DNA of 64,000 nt from Eledone cirrhosa. Taxonomy: Eukaryota. A model generated the notes under the pieces. It searched no databases. It was not told where the DNA came from and saw nothing but the letters and a program-made list of their open reading frames with translations. Of the stretch, positions 38,086-52,244 are shown piece after piece; position 1 is the first letter of the stretch, and each line of letters begins with the position of its first letter. The stretch lies in contig OZ024740.1 of NCBI GenBank assembly GCA_964016885.1, positions 209,994,001 to 210,058,000 on the forward strand, read 5' to 3'. A program made the translations under genes and the position numbers.

Positions 38086-38554
38086 TTTAGATATATAGAT
38101 AATATAATGATATAATGAAATTATTGTGTACAGTGCATTACAACTGAAAGTGAATAATTTTGTATAGTAGAACTAGGGGCAGATTCAGATGGTTTGGCAT
38201 CAAAAGGGTTAACTATAACTTTGGTTGATCAGGGCTAAAATAACACCACAATATAAAAACTATAATAACAACAAAGCTAAATAAATGTGGGAGATGTATA
38301 ATGGAACAAACTTGATAGGGGTGGTAGGTATAGAGTTTTGAATAATTTTTATATAGCTACTGTCATGCACAATGATATATACATTTACTTTTACACAAAA
38401 GACAAGTTTTTACCTATGGAGAGATCTTTTATCATGCACTTGATGTAATAATGGTAAATCCATGGTTCCAAAAATACTCTTCTCCTTCACTTAGTGAAGA
38501 TATCACTGAGATGTGTGGTTATTGAAGTATGTGTGTGTGTCTCTGTGTTGTTAT

Positions 38555-38742
38555 GCGGTGGATTGGCAGTATCGGTAGAGGGTCAGACACCATGCTTTCC
38601 AGCATAGTTACGTCCCTTTACGATCTGAGTTCAAATCCCGCCGAGGTTGACTTTGCCTTTCATCCTTACGGGGTTGATAAAATAAAGTACCAGTAATGCA
38701 CTGATTAATTGCTGGCCTTGTGCCTAAAGTAGAAACAATTAT
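38555..38742 (+). mobile_element. tRNA-derived CORE SINE
   Basis: Same consensus. Confidence 0.85.
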
Positions 38743-40558
38743 TTAGCTCCAAATTAGCCCTGATTGAGCAAATCTATGATTAAATATATTCCAGCCGTGA
38801 CCATCCTGCCTTTTATTTTTCAGACATAGTGTATCATGATGTATCAAAGTCTCCATTATCGTTTTTTTTTTTAAATAGAAGGATATGATTTGAGGGAAAT
38901 ATGGTTGCTATTTCTAGCCGATTACATTGGTTTGTTTGTGTGTGTTCATGCACATGTGTGTGTGTGGATGTGTGTGTTGAAATACGTGATGAGTTATTTA
39001 CTGTCTGTGAAAATATTATGTCTATTCCTATATATTGTCGGAACCTTTATAAGTTGGTGCAGGGTAGTGTGAGGGAGCTATGTAATTAAAGTGTAGGTAG
39101 GTATGTAAGTTAATGAAGTTTGTAATTAGTTAGGATCTGAAACTAATTTATTAATTGGTATTTCTTGCCATTTTGTCCACATCAGCATTTGATTCCAGTA
39201 AGTAGTTCCATGGAATTGAATATAACTCCAAACTGTGACAGTGTGATGGAAGGAAAATAGATATTCTAGATGAGAAGATAGTTAGAATAAGAGAGATGAA
39301 GAGAGAAAGGGGTTGAGATGAAAGCACAGTCATTCCACAATCCGGTGCCTGAGCACATGTAGAGAAGTGTCAGATAGCATTTCTTGATAGTAACAGCAAT
39401 GTAGGACTGAATAATCAGAATCTGAACAAACTATCCCAGGTCAATCTGATAAGAAGAATTGATTAGCAGGAGATGTGATGAAGTTAAATGATAAGTAATA
39501 TAAAATTGGGTGAGAGGAGGTAAATAAGGAGAGAGAGAGGACTGATAGACAAAGTGTGTGAGGAGAGAGGGGCGAGCTGATAGACAAAGTGTGTAAGAAG
39601 GAGAGAGGGGGAGGGGGAAGGAGATCAAGAGAGAAAGAGAGAGAGTGCAAGGGAGAGAGAGAGAGAGAGCGAGTAAAACCGATAAAATTACAGATTTAAA
39701 AATATTTTATCTATATATATGGGGACAAAGAATATAGAGATTCTAAAATAAATGCTTTCATAGTTAGAGTGGGAGGAAAGTTCCGGCTAGGTTAACAACC
39801 TGAATTTCATGAGTCAATCAAGGAAAATCTTCATGATTACTTGCCCTGCTAGAAATAGCTACCAAATGTCCTTCAAATATCACCCAACTGTCTTAAACAA
39901 AAGAGTTTACATGGGTAATCTAGTCTTAGATAACCCAGCCCCACCAAAAACAAAAAAGAAGAAAATTCAGGTTGGTTATGTCATGGTTGGAATGCCTTTA
40001 ATTATAGGATCATAGGTATGCTTAATCAGGGCTGACATGTGGCTACACAACAGCTACAACAACATTAATTTTATTATTAGAAATAGAAGCTTTTGCTGTA
40101 TTTTTTTACTAAAGAAATTTTAGTCTGATATTGGGATTTAGAACCCTTTAAGAATTGGAAAAAGATGAGTCATCTCTAAATCCCACTATCAGGTTAAAAT
40201 TTCTTTAGTAAAAAAATACAGCGAAAGCTTCTATTTCTAATTTCAAACTTGCTCGCTGCTTCAAAAACATACTTACTTGTCATTAACTTTACTTTATATT
40301 ATTGTGGAACAAAAAAGAAGTTCCCTGTGAGTTGGTTATTATACTATTTGAAGTTAATTCGCTTCAGTGTTTATGCTATAGTATATACATGTCTAAGTGG
40401 CCACAATGTGGTATTGAACCCCAAACCATATACTTTTAAAATGAACTTCTTAATCACATAGGCATGCAAGTTGTTTCTAAAATATGAAGCTGATGGCTAC
40501 ATATTTCACTACAATTGAAATAACATGTAAAAAGGATTATTATAGTATTAGTGATAGT

Positions 40559-40778
40559 AGTGGATTGGTAGTATCGGTAGAGCGTCGGACAATATGCTTT
40601 GTGGCAAATCATTATAGATTTTTATTTTCTGAGTTCAACAAATCCTGTCAAGATCAATTTTGCCTTTTATCCTTCTGGAGTTTATAAAATAAAGTACCAG
40701 TCAAGTACTGGGGTCGATTTACTTGATTTTCCCCCTATCCCAAAATGGTTGGCCTTGTGCCTAAATTAGAAACCATTA
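40559..40778 (+). mobile_element. tRNA-derived CORE SINE
   Basis: Long-tail form. Confidence 0.78.
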
Positions 40779-41864
40779 AAGAATTAGTGAAACAAATGGT
40801 AAAACAAAACTATTAATGAATGACTGGCATCCTAATAGATTAGTTGATTAATCCTGGTTCATAGCAGATACAGAACTACAAGTAAATATTTCTATACGCT
40901 TCATAACTTACTACACACGGTTAAAACTACTAAATTTATCTATGAATAAATTTCATGCTGGAATGTTTTGAGAGATAAGCCAAATAATAAGTCAGATTGC
41001 CAATGGAGGAAGCTCATGGCTGGCTTTTTATGTACACAAGTTTGAAGTTCATTTTTATTTCATTCAATATTGACTGTCATCTACTTGAAATCATTTCACT
41101 CCACATAATATCACTGCTAGAGCCCTTGAGAGAAACATAAAGGTCAATCATTTTTTTTTACTTTCCGTAAAATATATGGACTTTGACCCCCCCCCCCCCC
41201 AAAAAAAAAACAACAACAACAACACAAAAACTAATATTTTTCATGATAAAATGCATTCAGCTCAATTAAACACATGGTAGAATGCAGGAACATATGTAAA
41301 CAAGTAGTAGGCCCTTGGTCCATCTGAGAGGTCAGTAACTCTGTTTGAAACCTGGTTTGGTCTGTGATGATCCAGCTAACCTTTGGTAGCAGGGAGAACA
41401 GATGTTAAGTAATGGGGATGATGATGATGATGAGATGATTGTGGTGGTGGTGATGTGGCCTTACAAAGAATTTATTTAAAATGAACAAAAATTGTGTAAT
41501 TTACTAGGTATAATAACTCTAGAATTATTTATCGAATCAAAAATAAGTCAAGTTGAAGAGGTGGAGATAATGGCTCAGTGGTGAAGTAGCATTTGTTAGA
41601 CAAGTTTTAAATTTTAATTTCACCAAAACTGGTTATTTATTTCTGTCTTAAAGCTTTGATAAAATGTAAATAGAGGCTTTCCTCGAGATATGGCCCACAC
41701 AATTTCCAAATATTCAGTCATGACATTTATATTTTGGTGTGCACATGCATATTTTCTCTTGGTGTCTGTTATGATTCAGTGGTTAAATTCAAATATTCCT
41801 ACATATTTGAACATTTATTCTTAAAGAGGCAAAAACCATGCCTGGGTAAATATGTATGGGTAAG

Positions 41865-42115
41865 AGAAGATTGCTTTGGTATGGACATGTGATGCACATG
41901 GATGATGATCTCTGGATGAAGAAGTGTCAGGAAATCCTAGTGGTAGGAAGCCACAGTTGAGTTAGACCTGGGCAGAGGAGGTGAGAGCTGATCTCAAATC
42001 ACTGAGACTCACAGAGAAGATGACGAAGGAACATGGCAAGTGGAGAGAAGCTCTGCTGAGAAGGACCTGTCCAACCTATGCAAGCATGGGAAAATGGAAG
42101 TAAAAGCGGTGATGT

Positions 42116-42150
<35 letters not shown>
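41865..42150 (+). mobile_element. Old RTE 3' fragment
   Basis: RRRLLWYGHVMHMDDD..KKC remnant; CATGGGAAAATGGAAGTAAAA followed by (GAT)n. Confidence 0.7.
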
Positions 42151-42152
<2 letters not shown>

Positions 42153-42402
42153 ACATTTATAAAAAGATATAAAAAAAGATAAGATAGAGTGTATTAGTTA
42201 TGTAGTACAATAGATATCCAATGCATATGTTAGAAGATATTTGCTAAATGTGATCTATAATGGGATTGAACCTGTCACCTCATAGTTGTGAAACAAATTT
42301 TTTAATCACATGACTATGCCAGAATCTATACTATCATAAATGGAATGATTTTTGTCGGAGCAATTATTATTACAATAATACACCTTACAGCTATTACTGA
42401 CA

Positions 42403-42597
42403 CAGACCTGCCAACCTCTAAAAACCCAAAAGGGGAGTACCATGAAAAAAAGTGCCTCAAAACGGGGAAAAAGGAGGCAAAAGGGGGAGATTTTACATAA
42501 TGAAAGCTATACCCATTTTCACAAGAGAAGACATCTTTCACTCACCCTAAAGTGGGTAGGAGATTTCCACGTCAGATGGGGAGAGTTGACAGGTCTG
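42403..42597. mobile_element. hAT-like MITE
   Basis: TIRs CAGACCTGCCAAC / GTTGACAGGTCTG; no clear TSD. Confidence 0.7.
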
Positions 42598-43101
42598 CTA
42601 ACCACTCAGTCATAACATAGAAATATAACTTGTGAAACAAACAAACTGAAGCAAGCAGAGTTATCTGTTCAGAGTCACAATAAAATAGTTATGATAGAAT
42701 TTGAACTAATGACCACACAATCAATCTCTGGAATCTTAACTACACAATGATTGTATCGGACTAGAACTAAATATATTAGTATGGTTCTTTTTTCATATAG
42801 TTATTAAAAAAGCATTTAAGAATTATAGTGATGATAAAACGTGAGTTTGTGATATTCATAATTTTCCATAAAGATAATAAACCCTATGAAGCAAAGGGTC
42901 ATAAGGACTCTGCTATTCTGTCAAAGATATGACAACCTCTTTAGAGCTGATGCCATGTTAACATGCACTTGGTAGAGTGTGGGAACGTATCCAAGCAAGA
43001 TGCAAGCAAGATGCAAAGGCCTGACCCATCTGAGAGGACAGTAACTCCACCGAGTCTGTCTATGATGACCTGTCCAACTTTTGCTAGCCAGGAAAACAGA
43101 C

Positions 43102-43283
43102 TTGGCAGTATCGGTAGAGGTTCGGACGCCATGCTTTGACGCATAGAGTTACGGCCCTTGCCATTCTGAGTTCAAATCCCGCCGAGGTTAACTTTGCCTT
43201 TCATCCTTACGGGGTCGATAAAATAAAGTACCAGTAATGTACTGGGTAATTTTCTGGCCTTGTGCCAAAAGTAGAAACAATTA
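43102..43283 (+). mobile_element. tRNA-derived CORE SINE
   Basis: Same consensus; inserted in an RTE tail. Confidence 0.85.
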
Positions 43284-43666
43284 TATGATGATGGCAATGA
43301 TATCGATGAGGACAATGATGATGATGATGATAACTTAGCAATGTAAGTGAAGGTAAAAAGCAGTAAGAAATTGTAGACAAGAATTTTCTAATTATTTACT
43401 CATATTCTGTGGTGCTTTATGCCTCTAATATATTATTATAAATCTCTGTAGTCATCATCATCATCAGAGTATCTGTCAAATCTTCTAGAATACTCCCATA
43501 CATCAATCCCAACACAATATCCACCACCATCACACTCCCAAACACCCACACAGTGCCACATGAAACCTGGATTTATAAAGAAAGGTAGATATTCTATGAT
43601 TAGAAGTTATGCTTGGCCAAGTATAACTATCTCTTTTCTCCGTTATAAACACACACATAAAATATG

Positions 43667-43697
<31 letters not shown>

Positions 43698-43943
43698 ATG
43701 AACATCATCATCTAACTTTGCACCACATACACATATATATGTATATATACACCCCACCCCCACACATATTTATGTATAGGATTTATTGGAACTTAAATAT
43801 TCTTCTTGCCATAACCCACTTTATTTCTCTCTCTCCCCCTCTCTCTCTCTCTCTCTCACACTCACTTTCAAATGTTACTCCTTGTGAATGAATGAAGAAA
43901 GATGCATTCAATACATGTTGTAGAGTATATGTTTTTTTTAAAC

Positions 43944-44038
43944 TGAAATTTTCTTTCTCACAATTCTGTTTCCTGCCACTGTGATCTTCAGACATCTGAA
44001 GATTTTAGTGGCATGAAACTTGTGAGAAAGAAAATTCA
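43944..44038. repeat. Old palindrome with a degenerate hammerhead-like core
   Basis: ATCTTCAGA ca TCTGAAGAT; CTGAAGA...AGTGGCA.GAAAC is present in both arms. Confidence 0.7.
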
Positions 44039-44041
44039 CCT

Positions 44042-44256
44042 TTAATTCTTTAGTATATCCGGCCAGAATTCACTCACCTCTTTCTGTTCAAGCAGGCCAT
44101 AACCAGCCACTCATACTGACATTGAGGTATTGGTCTCAAAATATATAATATCAAAATTTCATAGATTTGATATTATGTGAGATAATTATGTGAGGTGAAG
44201 CCTTTACCGTGAAAATACAATAGTAAATATAGAGTAATGTAAATGCTAAAGGGTTA
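44042..44256 (-). mobile_element. piggyBac-like TTAA MITE copy
   Basis: Reverse complement of 13413-13630. Confidence 0.75.
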
Positions 44257-44398
44257 AATAATATATCATCATCATCATCGTTTAAAGTCTGCTTTACCAT
44301 TCTGGTATTGGTTAGACAAGTTGTTATCGACCCAGTCAGTTCTTCATCAAGCTATTAGTCTCTCAGTAGTGGTATGGGGTGTCTACATCTTCCTTACT

Positions 44399-44585
44399 TA
44401 ACTCTTTAACATTTACATTACTCTATATATACCATTGTATGTTCATGGTAAACACTTTACCTCACATAATTATCTCACATAATATCGAATCTATGAGATT
44501 TTTATATTATTTATTTTGAGAACAATAGCTTAACATAAGTATTAGTGGCTAGTTACAGTCAGTTTGAACAGAAAGAGGTGAGAGT
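44399..44585 (+). mobile_element. piggyBac-like TTAA MITE copy, 3'-truncated
   Basis: Matches 13413-13597; forms an inverted pair with 44042-44256. Confidence 0.72.
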
Positions 44586-44608
44586 AATACACCATTATTT
44601 GATATGCT

Positions 44609-44800
44609 AGGCGGTGGATTGGCAGTATCGGTAGAGGGTCGGACGCCATGCTTTGATGCATAGAGTTACGGCCCTTTCCAATCTGAGTTCAAATCCTGCC
44701 GAGGTTAACTTTGCCTTTCATCCTTACGGGGTCGATAAAATAAAGTAGCAGTAATGCACTGGGTAATTGCTGGCCTTGTGCCAAAAGTAGAAACAATTAT
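44609..44800 (+). mobile_element. tRNA-derived CORE SINE
   Basis: Full-length; flanked by the duplication ATTATTTGATATGCTA. Confidence 0.88.
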
Positions 44801-45942
44801 TTGATATGCTAAATAACTCTTTTCCATCTCTCCTGATGAGCTGCTTATTTGAGTCTGAATGGCATTTAAAGTATTAATTGCAACTGTTTGATTCATTGTT
44901 TATATGTATTGGCATGGCACTTGTCTGTATAGAAACACTTGTTGAGATTAGAGATGAATTTGGATTAGCAACCTTGGTTTTATTCTGGGGCTGTCCACTC
45001 CCAATACAACAGTTTTTTTACAGGCAATCCCTGAATTGAATTTTCATTTTTCAATTGCCTATTCACTTTTCCTTATTTTCCATATGTTTGGGTTCATAAC
45101 CCTGTTAATTAATTCTGTGGAAGTTGCCTGATGAGATCATCCTGTTTTGCATCATATTTGGATGATGGAGCTGGACCATTGAAATATGTATTGTGATTTC
45201 ACAAAATCACAATTTTAAAGCATATCTTCCAGTCTGGCCCCTTCTGTTGTTGTTTAATAAATATATATCTGCTATTAAGTTAGACATGGCCTGGGCCAAT
45301 ACTGGCCAAAACCCATCAAAGTTATCAAAGTTATATATATATATATATGTATATAAATACATGTGTATGTATGTATCATCATCATCATCATCATCATTTA
45401 ACGTCCATCTTCCACGCTAGCATGGGTTATCACCATCATCGTCACAGCTTAAAGTCTATTTTCCACCCTTGCATATGTTAGATGTGTTGTCATTTTATGA
45501 GACAAGTCTGATCAAGTTACAATGTCTAGCTCATAGGGAACACTGTTTCTGGTTTGATTTCTATGGCTGGATGCCCTACAAAATGTCCACCACATTACAT
45601 AAAACTGTGTGCATCAGGTTTAAAATAGCTACACTGTGTCCTTCTACTTGCATGTTGTAAGAAGTGACTAAACGTGTTAGTGTCAGGAAAGGCTGTAAAA
45701 CATTACCTCAAAAATTCCCATCCAACACATGCCAACATTGAAACGTTGGCATAAAAAGATGATGATGATGATGATGATGATGATGGTGATGATATAAATA
45801 TGTTTGCTCAGTAAAAATGTACTTCCTTGTTTATATATAAATGTACATTGGTGCATGTGTATATGTGCACGTTTACATTCATATATCTACTGCTTTCAAT
45901 AGGTTCAAACTGGATACATTCTAATGTTGCCGCCATAGATAT

Positions 45943-46315
45943 GTTTTTTTATTAGCCACAGGGGCACAACAGAAGGGGACAAATACAAAGGGGAAGTTTA
46001 CATACAATAAAAACGTGTAAAATATTATCACAAATGCAATTTAAAAAATTAGTTGATTTTCCCCAATAGGGGGAGACAGTTCATATGGGTAACACATACC
46101 CCCGAAAAAATGTGCAACCCTCATCTATAGGAGTACGAAGAGTTTGTACTCCTTTCCTCTCCTCCTCCTTTTGCTCAACCTACAGACTGATATAGAGAGA
46201 AGGCCCATTCACTCGGGCCATTCTCGCCACTTTCACCCACCTTTCATAAAACTTGCTGGGGTACAGCACCTCTCTCTCCATCCTGATTCTTCTTCCAAAA
46301 TGGTATTTGAAAAAA
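45943..46315 (-). mobile_element. L1/Tx1-like LINE 3' fragment, copy 1
   Basis: FFKYHFGRRIRMEREVLYPSKFYERW, then a UTR ending TGTGGCTAATAAAA. Confidence 0.6.
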
Positions 46316-46340
46316 AGAATCGATAGATAGATAGATAGAT

Positions 46341-46738
46341 AAATTTCTTTATTAGCCACAAGGGCACAAAAGAAAGGGACAAATACAAATGGGGAGTTTA
46401 CATACAGGTATATGAAAATAAAACTATTAATAAAATAACAAATAACAATAGATATCCCCAATAGGGGGGGGGGGGGAGGCGTTACACAAGGGTTGTACAC
46501 ACCCTGAAAAAATGTACAACCCTCATCTCCAGGAGCACCCAGAGCGAGTACTCCCTTCTTCTCTTCCTCTTTTTCCTCAACCTACAGGCTTATATAGAGA
46601 GAAGGCCCAACCACTCGGGCCATCTTTGCCACATTCACCCACCTTTTATAAAATTTGCTGGGGTACAGCACCTCTCTCTCCATCCTGATTCTTCTTCCAA
46701 AGTGGTATTTGAAAAAACGAATCAGTTGCTCGCCGGTA
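46341..46738 (-). mobile_element. L1/Tx1-like LINE 3' fragment, copy 2, flanked by (GATA)n
   Basis: Homologous to copy 1, with (GATA)n on both sides. Confidence 0.6.
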
Positions 46739-46878
46739 TGTAGATAGATAGATAGGTATAGAGGGGGAGAGATGGGAAGAGGGGGAGAGAGAGAGAGAGG
46801 GAGATAGATAGATGGAGAGGGAGGGAGACAGGGAGAAAGAGATAGAGACAAATAGATTGATAGATCGATAGAGAGGGA

Positions 46879-46991
<113 letters not shown>

Positions 46992-47320
46992 TAACAATAG
47001 CCATAATGAAGTCTAATTTACCAGAAATATTAATTAGTGTTACATCTGATAATATACTCTAGTATAGAATCCAATTCCAAAGTTTGGAGAGTTTGTTCTA
47101 CGTTGATGTCAACACTTGTTGTTGTTGTTGTAGTTGTTGTTATTCTACAGCTCATAACACACTTCATTGAGTTGACATTCCAGATGTGAACATCTCATCT
47201 TTTATTCAAACAAAGTATATCCAGGATGATATTATCTTATGTCCTTTTTTAAGATTGAAGAATCTGTGATTTGAAGAAAATATTGCTGCTATTTCTAGCA
47301 GGTTGTGTAACCATATAGAG

Positions 47321-47766
47321 CAGAGGTTCTCAAACTTTTAGGGCCACCGCCCCCCTCACGGCCACGTAATACCCTCAGCGCCCCCCCCCCCATCAGTCTA
47401 TGATGACACATCCAAACCTTACTAGCAGAGAAAGTGGACATTAAACAATGATGGTGATGATGTTAGTTTATCATTAGTAACATAGATGTAAAAAGAATGT
47501 GATTTTGCCAATAAGAATAAAGACATCTACACAATCTCATATATGTCTTTATTATAGATGTCTATATGTATTTATTATAGATGTCTATATAAATGCTTAA
47601 TATACATATGCAATATATTTGTAAAAAAAAGAAAAAAAGAAGCTATTTATTGTTTAAAATTTAAACAATAAGTAGCTTTTTTTCTTCTTTTTTTTAATAC
47701 TACACTGTCACCCCCCCAACCGCCCCTCCCCCGATATCAAAGCACCGCCCACTTTGGGAAACAATG
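47321..47766. mobile_element. hAT MITE
   Basis: TIRs CAGAGGTTCTCAAA / TTTGGGAAACAATG; 8-bp TSD ATATAGAG. A solo end of the same family lies at 31570-31633. Confidence 0.85.
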
Positions 47767-48329
47767 ATATAGAGTTTCTCTTGTTTGTAACACAATTGTT
47801 GTTTATTAAATTGTGCACTAAGTAGCTGAAGTATATTATAAATTCTAAATTCACATTTGCACAAAGAGGGAAAAACGGACGTAAAATGATGATGATGATG
47901 ATGAGTACATGTTTTTAACCAAAACTGAGAAATGTGTATGTAAACATGCTTTTTCATGTTTAAATATGTAGACACATTATAATTATTTATATATTTATTC
48001 ATGAATTTCTTTGAAATATAAACTCAAGTCTAGCTTATTCGTGCATTTCTCTGATCTTTGTTGAAATCTTCACCAGAAACTATTTTCTTCACAATCCATG
48101 AGGAAATATGCAACAAAAGCCTTTATATACCCAACAGATATGGCAGAACTAGACAACTGGAAATACTAATTTGCATAATTTTAGTGTTTATGGTAGTAGT
48201 TAATTCAATTCAATTCAATTATATATTAAATTGCACAGGTATTTAGTCTCATACATATCTCCTCTGATTGAAGAGACATATGGTTAAAAACATTCTAGCT
48301 ACAAACATCCCGTCTATTTTTTAGACAGA

Positions 48330-48904
48330 GTGACAAAGATTACATTATCCAGTGTGTCCTTCCAGTGTTCTAACACAGCACATTGTGAATTTAAAGATAT
48401 TTGGCTGCTATTTCTAGCTGAGTAAACAACAACATAGAGGCCTGTGACAAGGATTGAATTATCCAGTGTGTCCTTCCAATGTTCTAACACAGCACATTGT
48501 GAATTTAAAGATATTTGGCTGCTATTTCTAGCTGAGTAAACAACAACATAGAGGCCTGTGACAAGGATTGAATTATCCAGTGTGTCCTTCCAATGTTCTA
48601 ACACAGCACATTGTGAATTTAAAGATATTTGGCTGCTATTTCTAGCTGAGTAAACAACAACATAGAGGCCCTGTGACAAGGATTGAATTATCCAGTGTGT
48701 CCTTCCAATGTTCTAACACAGCACATTGTGAATTTAAAGATATTTGGCTGCTATTTCTAGCTGAGTAAACAACAACATAGAGGCCCTGTGACAAGGATTG
48801 AATTATCCAGTGTGTCCTTCCAATGTTCTAACACAGCACATTGTGAATTTAAAGATATTTGGCTGCTATTTCTAGTAGAGTAAGCAACAACGTAAAGGCC
48901 CTGT
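48330..48904 (+). repeat. Tandem repeat, 5 x 114-115 bp
   Basis: TGACAA unit starts at 48331, 48445, 48559, 48674 and 48789. Confidence 0.95.
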
Positions 48905-49079
48905 CATTACTATTTTTTGATTCGGTGATGTAACAAGTTAATTATGATGTGGAAATACATATGAAGTAAGCTATCCTGCAGGGAAAATGTTGTAAATGAA
49001 TTAAGATAAAGTTAATTATATTAATAAAGGAAAGGATTAATTGAAGCAAAAAGTCAAATGATTTTCTTTATATAAATAT

Positions 49080-49830
49080 ATCATCATCACCGTTTAATGT
49101 TCATTTTTCCAAGCTAGCATGGGTGAGACAGATTGTCCCGTTTGGTGCAAGTTGGATCAGGTGACCGTGCTTTGCTCACACAGACCCGTTTCTGGCTTGG
49201 TTTCTACAGCTGGATGCCCTTCCTAATGCCAACCACATTTACAGTGTGGACTGGGTGCTGTTTGTCGTGACTCCTACATGACCACTTTACAGTGAGTGCT
49301 GGGTACTTTTTACCGTGTCTCCGACATGACCACTTTACAGTGTGGGCTGGGTGCATTTTGCCATGACACTTACAAGATCACTTTACAGTGTATGCTGGGT
49401 GTTTTTTGCTGTGTTGCCATCATGACCACTTTACAGTGTTGGCTGGGAACTTTTTGTCATGTCACCATCACGACCACTTTACAGTGTTGGCTGGGCACTT
49501 TTTGTCATGTCACCATCACGACCACTTTACAGTGTTGGCTGGGAACTTTTTGTCATGTCACCATCACGACCACTTTACAGTGTTGGCTGGAGGCTTCACT
49601 GGATGTATGCTACAGCCTGTTCTCATGAGAGATGTATGGGCAGGTGGGGTGGTGGTGGTGCATATTATATATATGTATGCTTCAGCTTCAGCCTGTACCC
49701 ATGGGAAGGCAGGTCTTCTGTATTACTACATAACACCAGAGATCCCAGTCCTGTGTCATCATCTTTGGGAGGTGCAATTGAGCAAGGTCATCTTTTATCG
49801 CCTCATCCCAAGTCTTCCTGGGTCTCCTCA
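49080..49830 (-). mobile_element. 5'-truncated RTE 3' end with an internal 48-bp minisatellite
   Basis: Same UTR and tail; RPRKTWDE remnant at ~49800-49825. Confidence 0.8.
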
Positions 49831-51581
49831 CATTCATACATAGGTACAATCGACTTTCGTCAAATCGGACCGAGGAAACAATGTTTCCGTTGGTCTTTCC
49901 AATTGCTAATACTATCTATCCGTCGCAACTCCAGTTAGAAGGAGCAACGTGAAATAAAGTGTCTTGCTCAAGGACATAACGCATCGCCCGGTCGAGGAAT
50001 TGAACTCACAACCTCACGATTGCGAATCCAATTCTCTAACCACTCAGCCACATGCCTTCACATCATACATACACACACAAACACAATCTCTCTCTCTCAC
50101 ACACATATGCAGTATGTATGACCAGATATGATGGCTGCAAACTCTGCTAAGAGTATTGCAATCACTTGTCAGATTACAGAAAATGGTGCACTTTCAGGCT
50201 ACGGCCATCCACAAGAACCTGTAACATAACCTGAATAAGCAATGCCAATGCCCACTCTCTGAGCATTGAAACACTACCCGAAATTGAGAACTGGTCAACA
50301 TCATCGGATGCTTCTGAAGCTGCAGGTTTTTTTTTAGAGTTTTCCCTCTCTTAGAAAGGTGTGACAACAACTGGGGGTCTTTCATTCCCGGGTAAAAAAA
50401 AAAAGAAGATATTTGGATGGCCGTTGACTCTGCTGAGTTACATGTTACCAGTAGCAATCGAGAGTGACCTAACTTAATATGAAATGGCCAGATATACATA
50501 CATACATATCTAAATAAACCCATATAAGTACATTAACCCTCATTGTTCAATGATACTAATGTAGTTGTGTTATTGTTAGCAATGACCAAAGAGACTCATT
50601 GCATATAGTTAGTCACCAGCTGAATGACTGGTTGTGATCTACAGATCTATTGTCAAAGATATGCCATACGTCGGCCCAGAGCAAGATTAAGTCCATTTTA
50701 GGCACAAAGCCTTTAGAAAGCTATGTTGCCCACATATATGAATTCTGAAAAAAAAAAAAGAAATGGAATAACATACAATTAATTTGAATAAAACGGTGTC
50801 CCTCTTCCCTTAACCCAGCCGTACCTCAGTGTAGTTAAGAACCAAAGCTAACACAAGTCACTCTTTAGGGTCACAAAAAAAATGCTACTATATAGTATTA
50901 TCATGCTGGAGGAGCTTTGCAAAAGATATACATTTCACATGTTAATCATTTTGATACTAAAACCACCTGAAACTGGTCTTCTACGATACATAGCAATAGA
51001 AGGCATTCGTGGAATGGATCCTAAAACCTCGTGGTTGCAAATATACTTGCTAACCACATAACTCTGCCAGCACTTCATATCAAAATCAGTCAGAATTTCA
51101 CAAAAGAGATTTAGTTATTGGCACAAACCCATGAATTTTGGGGAAGGGCCATAGCTAATTAAAGCAACACCAGAGCCAGACACGTAGTTATTTTATTTGC
51201 ACTAGAAGATGAAAAGCAAAGTTAACTCCGGTGGGATTTGAAACCCAAATATAAAGAATACGTAACTAAATAAAGCAAGATATCTTTTATCTGATTTCCT
51301 ATCGTTTTAAAATCTAATATGATGGGACGCGTAGAAAAAAAAGTAGGTTTAGTTGCAATAGTATTAACAAGGGATGTAACTCTCGTTGTCCTTACTCTCA
51401 ACTTTTAGATGTAAAAAATTGATCTAAGAGAGAGAATTCTTAGATAAAAGGTGGAGCGCATTACTTTCCCCATATTAATTAATAAATAAACTTTGATCTT
51501 GAATAAAAGTCATAAAGGGGCAGGGGTGTATTTTTTGTTCTTATTTATATTTATATATCCTCAACCGTGTGTGTGTGTATG

Positions 51582-51613
<32 letters not shown>

Positions 51614-51719
51614 GGGATTAAACCAGTATTAAACTACTAAGGCCATTATTCAGCAGAATACTCGATACTGAGGAGTAGAGTGTCGTTATATATATATATA
51701 CATATATAGCGACACTCTA

Positions 51720-51809
<90 letters not shown>

Positions 51810-51892
51810 GGAGTTGTATTTAATTTGTTGGAATTCCGACAAACATAAATGTTTATAACTGATATAGAGCACTCAACAAGTTACTGGAGTAA

Positions 51893-52244
51893 ATATTCCA
51901 GGATAATAATAAATGGAAACTATATTTATAAAACCATATTTATTTTATTATATATATTTCAAGGGCGACCAAGCAAATCTTGGTGCGCTTTCATCAGATA
52001 AAATACAAAATTTGTTTTATAAATAACGACATACCCATGGAAATCACACCTTAAACGGTCCGAAATTCGATGGAATTTCGAACCGTTTTAGGTGTGATTT
52101 CCATAGGTATGTCGTTATTTATAAAACAAATTTTATATTTTATCTGATGAAAACGCACAAAGACTGGCTTGGTTTCCCTTGAAATATATATAATAAAATA
52201 AATATGGTTTTATAAATATAGTTTCCATTTATTATTATCTTGGA

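Noticed and set aside
44829-45150. Isolated CTGATGA motifs at 44833 and 45128 (also 893, 14500, 15623)
   Set aside because: No properly placed stem II, GAAA or cleavage triplet.
48314-48904. CRISPR-like or coding repeat array
   Set aside because: Units are fully repeated with no unique spacers, in a eukaryotic context; the ORF arises because 114 is divisible by 3.
49232-49590. 48-bp repeats giving Cys/His-rich ORFs
   Set aside because: Tandem expansion inside an RTE 3'UTR.
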